From Coriobacteriales bacterium (GTDB taxonomy: Bacteria; Actinomycetota; Coriobacteriia; Coriobacteriales; UBA8131), in the NCBI GenBank assembly GCA_031288185.1, contig JAITRZ010000003.1:98-64097 (forward strand): DNA of 64,000 bases. The letters are read 5' to 3'. A program made the translations under genes and the position numbers. Below are positions 58,843 through 64,000 of this stretch, one piece after another; within the stretch, counting starts at the first letter, position 1, and every line of letters begins with the position of its first letter. The notes below the pieces were generated by a model that saw only the letters and a program-made list of their open reading frames with translations, did no database searches and was not told the origin of the DNA.

Positions 58843-59946
58843 ATGACCGGCCGGGAAGCAATCATGGACGACAGGAACCTGATAGATTTTGTAGAACAGA
58901 TCTCCGGTGGCGTACATGCGCGCGTGGAGGAAAATCTGGGTGAGGGCTTTGTGCGTTTGCGTAGCGCTGAGGCTGAACGCCGTCAGGCCAAACATGACAT
59001 CCGCCATGTTGAGGATATGGTCATAGAGCTCCTGCGTAACGCCCGTGATGCCGGTGCCAGTCATATCTTTGTGGCCAGCCAGCGCGAGGAGGATATGCGC
59101 CTGCTCACTGTCCTTGACGACGGTAGCGGCATTCCCGCGCCGCTGCATCAAAAGATATTTGAACCACGGGTAACTTCCAAGCTGGACACCATGGTCATCG
59201 ACAACTGGGGCGTACATGGACGCGGCATGGCCCTTTACTCCATTGCCAGTAATGCGCTAGCCGTACAGGTAGCCGCCTCCGCCCCTCGTCTGGGAACGGC
59301 AATTGCCCTGCAGGTTGATACCACGGTACTGCCGGAGCGTCGAGACCAATCCACCCATCCCAGCCTAGCTCGCGATGAGGCCGGACAGATGGTTGTGGTT
59401 AGAGGGCCCCACAATATTCAGCGGTGCGTGGCCGAGTTTGCGCTGGCAACCAGCCAGACCATTGATGTCTACCTGGGCACCGCAGCCCAGGTAGCCGCCA
59501 CCTTGCTTGACACTGGTCAGCGCAGTCTTAGCCGTGAGGAACTGCTTCTGTGCAAAGACGTTCAGACTTTGCCGCTTAGTCAGCGGCTGGCGGTGTGCGG
59601 CGATGCCGCCGATTTGACGTGTTGCTGCGCAAGCCTGGGTCTCGCGATTTCAGAACGCACCGCACATCGCATCCTGGCAGGGCAGATTCAAGCACAGCAA
59701 CCCTACCTGCGCGCCCGCATGGCCACACCCCATCGTTCTGCGTCCGTCGCCACTGGCGTTTCTTTGAGCAAGGACAGTCGTGGCCTCAAACTGGCCCCTG
59801 ATGACCTCGCGGCTTTTTCCCGTGCCCTGGAACAGGCCTTTGAGACACTGGCTGAACGCTACTATCTCAATCTTGCTGATCTCCCCAAGATCAGCGTACG
59901 CGCTGATAGTATCAGCGTGAGGTTTCCCATCGAAAAAGAACTGTAA
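58843..59946 (+). CDS. GHKL-superfamily (HATPase_c-like) ATP-binding protein of unknown role
   Basis: N-box 'ELLRNARDAGA', G1 'LDDGSGIP' and G2 'GVHGRGMALYS'. No His-kinase dimerisation/phosphoacceptor region, MutL domain or gyrase domain was recognised. An alternative start is 58864. Confidence 0.6.
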   Translation: MTGREAIMDDRNLIDFVEQISGGVHARVEENLGEGFVRLRSAEAERRQAKHDIRHVEDMVIELLRNARDAGASHIFVASQREEDMRLLTVLDDGSGIPAPLHQKIFEPRVTSKLDTMVIDNWGVHGRGMALYSIASNALAVQVAASAPRLGTAIALQVDTTVLPERRDQSTHPSLARDEAGQMVVVRGPHNIQRCVAEFALATSQTIDVYLGTAAQVAATLLDTGQRSLSREELLLCKDVQTLPLSQRLAVCGDAADLTCCCASLGLAISERTAHRILAGQIQAQQPYLRARMATPHRSASVATGVSLSKDSRGLKLAPDDLAAFSRALEQAFETLAERYYLNLADLPKISVRADSISVRFPIEKEL

Positions 59947-60196
59947 GCATAAAGGGGATGGCACGTGTTGCGGGTTGTAAGATACAACGTCGCCGGAGGA
60001 TACCGGAGAGGCTAAAGGATGAGTGGCCAAAGGATGAGCCAAAGGATGCTCGCGCAGGATTACGAAGGATTGTGAAGGATGCCCGCGCAGGTGGCGATGA
60101 ACAGGGTAGATGTGTTACACTGTGCCGTTGTTATCTGCCCGTTGGTTGCGGCTTGATAGAGCGTCTCAGCAGGCTTGGATTGTGAAAGGATTCATA

Positions 60197-60661
60197 ATGA
60201 ATGAAACCAGTGTGTTGGGTTTAATAGATGAATTGTCCGACCTGATCGAGGATGGCAAACCTGTTTTGGGCAACAAGGAGCGCCGCTCCATTGTGATTGG
60301 CGAGGCCCTGGAGATTCTTGACGACATTCGCCGGCAGTTTCCGGCAGAATTTGCCCAGGCTCGCCAGGTTGTGCGCGAACAGCAAAATATCCTGGAAGAT
60401 GCCGAAGTTGAGGCCAATCGTATCCTGGAAGATGCCCGTAACCAGGCACTGATCGTAGCGAGCGAGCAGGAGATCGTGCGCATCGCTCAGCAACAGGCTG
60501 AAAACGTCCTGGCCGACGCTCGCGAGATGGAACGCGAGATTCGCGCGGGCGCTGAGGATTACGCTGACACGGTATTCTCACACATCGAGAGCACCGTCAA
60601 TCAAATCAATGAAAACGTTCGACGCTGCCGGGAGCGCCTCAATAACAAAGCCACGCGTTAG
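60197..60661 (+). CDS. Hypothetical coiled-coil protein (ATP-synthase subunit b/E-like heptads)
   Basis: GAAAGGA RBS before the ATG at 60197. The 154-aa product is highly charged and helical ('EQQNILEDAEVEANRILEDARNQALIVASEQEIVRIAQQQAENVLADAREMEREIRAG'). Confidence 0.5.
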   Translation: MNETSVLGLIDELSDLIEDGKPVLGNKERRSIVIGEALEILDDIRRQFPAEFAQARQVVREQQNILEDAEVEANRILEDARNQALIVASEQEIVRIAQQQAENVLADAREMEREIRAGAEDYADTVFSHIESTVNQINENVRRCRERLNNKATR

Positions 60662-60746
60662 GTTCCTGTCCCCAGGGTCTTATCTGGGGGGAACCTGACC
60701 CAGGATGGCGTCCTTTCGCTAACATTCGATGAGAACCTGTCACACC

Positions 60747-61316
60747 ATGGAACTTACTTCACTGCCGGTGCGGGTTTTACCCAAGCTGGCCCACACGACA
60801 TCCTCAATCACTCGCTCTGGCACCTATCCGCTCAAGCAACTGGTGCTGGGCTGCCGGGATCTTAAGTTGCCCGGTGGCATTGATTATCAATTTCGTTTGA
60901 CCAATACCGGAGAGGCCGTTCTGCTGACTGGCCGGGCTTGTGCCACGGTGCTGGGTAGTTGCGAGCGTTGCTTGGGTTCCGCTCAACAAACACTTGAAGG
61001 GGAAATAGAGGGATATTATCTGTTTGCGCCGCCGGACAGAAAAGCAGGCAGGGATGACCACGCGCAGGGACATGTGAGCGCCGAGGGCTTTATTGATGTC
61101 GCTCCGGAGATAGTGGCCGCTATCGTAGTGGAGTTGCCACCCGTCCTGTTATGTGCCACGGATTGCACCGGGGTCATGGAGGGGCCGGATGCCGATTTCA
61201 TCCAGGGTGCGGCAGATGACGCGGGCGACTCCTGTTCTGAGGCTGACCACGGGCAAGCCGCGCCTATCAACCCTCAATTTGCCGCCCTGGAGCAATTGCG
61301 CAACAAACTGTCCTGA
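60747..61316 (+). CDS. yceD: DUF177 / YceD-family protein (large-subunit rRNA accumulation protein)
   Basis: 'GRACATVLGSCERCLGSAQQTLEGEIEGYYLF' matches the YceD Cys-x2-Cys region. Acidic C-terminus. The start is either 60747 or 60729. Confidence 0.7.
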   Translation: MELTSLPVRVLPKLAHTTSSITRSGTYPLKQLVLGCRDLKLPGGIDYQFRLTNTGEAVLLTGRACATVLGSCERCLGSAQQTLEGEIEGYYLFAPPDRKAGRDDHAQGHVSAEGFIDVAPEIVAAIVVELPPVLLCATDCTGVMEGPDADFIQGAADDAGDSCSEADHGQAAPINPQFAALEQLRNKLS

Positions 61317-61473
61317 GCACAGCAGCTCGCCGCCAGCGAGATGCCCTGCCAAAGTTCCACCAAAATTGCCATCGTACGGATTGCTTCTTTGGCGCTTGCG
61401 ACAAGGGGGATGGGCACAGCACGCCTGAACGGTAAAACCGTGCTTCCAATCGACGCGTTGATGCCGTGTCGCA

Positions 61474-61502
61474 TTGGTTCTACGCGTTTATTCTGTTACA
61501 AT
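61474..61502 (+). promoter_or_regulatory. Candidate rpsB promoter
   Basis: TTGGTT (61474-61479), a 17-nt spacer, then TACAAT (61497-61502). This would give a 5' UTR of about 205 nt. Confidence 0.4.
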
Positions 61503-61712
61503 CAAACAACAACCCCCGGCGCAGGTCGCTTTTGCCGACAGGCGCATTGTTCCCATCAAGGAGGCGCAAGCCTCAATCACACATGTTCGCAGACTGCTTA
61601 TCGGCGGTGGCCGCTCAGGCGGTTACGAAGGCAGGTTGAAGCGGACAGAGGGAAGGCCGCTGGCTCCAGGTACGAGCAAGCGCGATCTTCAGACAACTGC
61701 AAAGGAGTAAGA

Positions 61713-62765
61713 ATGGCCACACGAGTTACCATTGCCTCACTGGTTGATGCCGGAGTGCATTTTGGGCACCAGACCCGACGCTGGAATCCCAAGATGAAGC
61801 CCTACATTTTTACGGCGCGCAAAGGCATTTACATCATCGACCTTAAACAGACCCTGGTTAGCCTTGACAAGGCCTATAGTTTTGTCAGCTCCCTCGCTGC
61901 CAAGGGGGGCGCTGTTTTGTTTGTTGGCACCAAGAAGCAAGCACAGGAACCAATTGCTGTCGCCGCTGAGCGCTGCGGAATGCCCTACGTCAATCATCGC
62001 TGGCTGGGTGGTACACTTACTAACTTTATCACTATCCGCTCCCGCGTGACCCACATGGAGGATTTAGAAGCCATGGAGGCTGACGGCCGGATGGCCGCCC
62101 TGCCCAAAAAGGAGCAGATTACGCTGCGCAAGGAACTAAGCAAGCTACAGGACAACCTAAACGGTGTTCGCGCCATGACGGCAGTTCCCCAGGCACTGTT
62201 TGTGGTTGACACCTTGCGCGAGGAAATCGCCATTCGCGAAGCCAAGCGTCTGCGGATTCCAGTAATTGCTATTCTTGATACCAATTCTGATCCCGACGAA
62301 ATAGAATTTGGCATTCCCGGCAATGATGATGCCATTCGTTCAGTAACGCTGCTTGCTGAGGTCATCACTGACGCCGTGGTGGCTGGAGCAAGCGCGGAGG
62401 TATTAAACGAGGCAGAGATGATCATCACCGAGGCAGCTCATCAAAAAAATGCGGCTGACGCTCAGGTAGGGGCGGATGACACGGGCGTTGCGGCAGATGA
62501 AGGAGAGCCCGGTGACGCGTGGGCGACCAGCGACCAAGGAGCCGCCGGGATGGCGCAGGACACGGAGCCCGGGCTACCGGCCATCACGCTTTCAACATCC
62601 TCAACGGAACAGGACATGGATCGAGAATCCCTGGCCCCTGTTGAGCCGGGTGTCATTGTTGAGTCCTCTGTTAAAACCGCCGCTGATGCCGCCTTAGATG
62701 TAGCTGCCGAGCATATCAGCCCCGCTGAGACCATTGCCGTCAGCACCGTGGAAGCCGAGGAATAA
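61713..62765 (+). CDS. rpsB: 30S ribosomal protein S2 with acidic C-terminal extension
   Basis: AAAGGAG RBS. '[33 protein letters not shown]' and '[32 protein letters not shown]'. About 100 extra acidic residues at the C-terminus. Confidence 0.95.
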   Translation: MATRVTIASLVDAGVHFGHQTRRWNPKMKPYIFTARKGIYIIDLKQTLVSLDKAYSFVSSLAAKGGAVLFVGTKKQAQEPIAVAAERCGMPYVNHRWLGGTLTNFITIRSRVTHMEDLEAMEADGRMAALPKKEQITLRKELSKLQDNLNGVRAMTAVPQALFVVDTLREEIAIREAKRLRIPVIAILDTNSDPDEIEFGIPGNDDAIRSVTLLAEVITDAVVAGASAEVLNEAEMIITEAAHQKNAADAQVGADDTGVAADEGEPGDAWATSDQGAAGMAQDTEPGLPAITLSTSSTEQDMDRESLAPVEPGVIVESSVKTAADAALDVAAEHISPAETIAVSTVEAEE

Positions 62766-62857
62766 ATCCAACAAGCAGCCTGACCCTATCCGGGCCGGGC
62801 CTCAGGCAGCCTGACCTCATCCGGTTCGGGCTGAAACATCAGCAGAGAGGAAGCACA

Positions 62858-63730
62858 ATGGCAGAGATCAAAGCCCAACTGGTCAAAGAACTGCGCGAGA
62901 TGACCGGGGCCGGCATGATGGAATGCAAGAAGGCCCTAACCGAGGCTCAAGGTGAAATCAACCGAGCCGTAGACGTGCTGCGCACGCGTGGCCTGGCTGC
63001 CGCCGCCAAAAAAGCCGGTCGTGTTACCAATGAGGGCCTGATCGTGTGCAAAGTAGCGCCCCAGCCAACAAGCGCCGCTATGATAGAGATTAACTGCGAA
63101 ACCGATTTTGTGGCCAGAAACGACGTGTTTGCCCGGCTGGCTGAGGATATAGCCGATGCGATTTTGGTAAATGCGCCTGGTGATCTGGATGCCTTAAAGG
63201 AGTTGAGTGTTGGCAGCCAAACGGTTGGTGAACTGCTGACAGCAGGCATCCATACCCTGGGCGAAAACATTCAGGTCAGCCGCTTTGTACGCCTCACCGC
63301 TGAGGAGGGCTCTATTGCCTCTTATGTTCACGGCGGCGGTCGTCTGGGAATTTTGGCGCAGCTTGACTTCAATGAGCCCAAAACGGGCCAAAACAAGCAG
63401 TTCATTCAACTTGCCAGGGATATAGCCATGCAAATTGCCGCTACCAATCCCCTGGAGGTATCCCGCGATAGCATTGCTGCGGAGGTTATCCAGCGCGAAC
63501 TGGACATCTACCGCGCCCAGGCCGCCGAGTCTGGAAAGTCCGCTGATGTTCAGGAAAAGATGGTTCAGGGCCGCCTTGAAAAGTTCTATAAGGAAAACAC
63601 CCTGCTTGAACAGCCCTTCATCAAAGATACCGCTATCAGTGTTCGCCAGTACCTAAAAAACACCGCCAAGATCCTTGGCGACCAGATTAGCGTTGTGGGT
63701 TTTCGCCGTTATGAGATCGGTGGCCAGTAG
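62858..63730 (+). CDS. tsf: Elongation factor Ts
   Basis: 'VKELREMTGAGMMECKKALTEAQGEINRAVDVLRTRG', 'INCETDFVARND' and 'EKFYKENTLLEQPFIKD'. Confidence 0.95.
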   Translation: MAEIKAQLVKELREMTGAGMMECKKALTEAQGEINRAVDVLRTRGLAAAAKKAGRVTNEGLIVCKVAPQPTSAAMIEINCETDFVARNDVFARLAEDIADAILVNAPGDLDALKELSVGSQTVGELLTAGIHTLGENIQVSRFVRLTAEEGSIASYVHGGGRLGILAQLDFNEPKTGQNKQFIQLARDIAMQIAATNPLEVSRDSIAAEVIQRELDIYRAQAAESGKSADVQEKMVQGRLEKFYKENTLLEQPFIKDTAISVRQYLKNTAKILGDQISVVGFRRYEIGGQ

Positions 63731-63760
63731 GAGCGCATTCGCCTGCTTTTCAGGCGATAG

Positions 63761-63848
63761 GTATCCGCTTGCTAACTGAGGTGAGGCGTTTGGTTATCGC
63801 GTTATCGTGTGCGTTGGTGATATACCCGCTCGCTACCTAAGGTGAAGG
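63761..63848. repeat. Imperfect roughly 26-bp direct repeat x2, each ending in an SD-like GGTGA(A)GG
   Basis: gtatccgcttgctaactgaggtgagg at 63761-63786 and atacccgctcgctacctaaggtgaagg at 63822-63848, about 80% identical. Confidence 0.7.
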
Positions 63849-63854
63849 AAAGTC

Positions 63855-64000
63855 GTGTCCCAGTTTGTATACTCCAGAGTGTTGCTTAAACTGTCCGGTG
63901 AACAGTTGGCCGGTGGCCAGGGCTATGGCATTGATCCCACGGTTATCAGCGGGCTAGCCGCACAACTTCAAGACATCATGGCTACTGGTTCCTTGCAGTT
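63855..64000 (+). CDS. pyrH: UMP kinase (5' part, runs off the window)
   Basis: The GTG start is preceded by GGTGAAGGA. '[26 protein letters not shown]' is the PyrH N-terminal signature. The rpsB-tsf-pyrH synteny is conserved. Confidence 0.85.
   Translation, partial: MSQFVYSRVLLKLSGEQLAGGQGYGIDPTVISGLAAQLQDIMATGSLQ

Noticed and set aside
61317-61500. Small L32 (rpmF) gene after yceD. The +2 frame reads '[25 protein letters not shown]', faintly like 'MAVPK...'.
   Set aside because: There is no in-frame start codon. The basic KRKxSKxRRxxRR block is absent. The frame stops after 31 codons, and the Cys spacing does not match the L32 zinc ribbon.

Overview
The window reads as a mostly syntenic, core-genome stretch of a high-GC Gram-positive chromosome. 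Gene content suggests Actinomycetota, possibly Coriobacteriia-like, but that is inference only because no rRNA or tRNA is present. I support about 50 protein genes. Left to right they are: a GT2 glycosyltransferase and glf; pta; a type IV pilus machinery operon (pilC-pilM-pilN-pilO-pilB-pilT); recO; rsfS; a broken LCP gene; an ArsB/NhaD-type permease; a ferritin-VIT1 iron/manganese transporter; a divergent EF-G paralog; ileS-lspA-rluD; a cyclophilin; a TPR protein; ndk; mreBCD-mrdA-rodA; a hypothetical membrane protein; a radical-SAM/DUF2344 pair; rlmH; a degenerate DAHP-synthase-like gene; pcrA; a CPBP protease; an ABC-F ATPase; an M50 protease; trpS; scpAB; rluB; a pyridoxal kinase; a superoxide reductase; ruvCAB; an HPP membrane protein; rny; a GHKL ATPase; yceD; rpsB-tsf; and the start of pyrH. 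I saw no rRNA, tRNA, CRISPR array, transposase, integrase or phage gene. The most interesting material falls into five groups. (1) The pilus operon has no pilin or prepilin peptidase in cis. Its PilB carries a near-textbook tandem MshEN c-di-GMP-binding motif. Its PilO-like protein has a roughly 300-aa Pro/Ala/Ser disordered extension containing a perfect 57-bp tandem duplication. A membrane-anchored beta-helix-like protein is encoded immediately upstream. (2) The EF-G paralog lacks the catalytic His and the G4 Lys, and sits next to a metal transporter whose upstream region holds a perfect 35-bp direct repeat. (3) The DAHP-synthase-fold protein appears to have lost all of its catalytic residues. 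(4) An orphan promoter plus intrinsic terminator lies upstream of rny. (5) Short tandem or direct duplications of 11-69 bp occur in many intergenic spacers and in low-complexity coding inserts. All product calls rest on motif recognition by eye. No database search was run.
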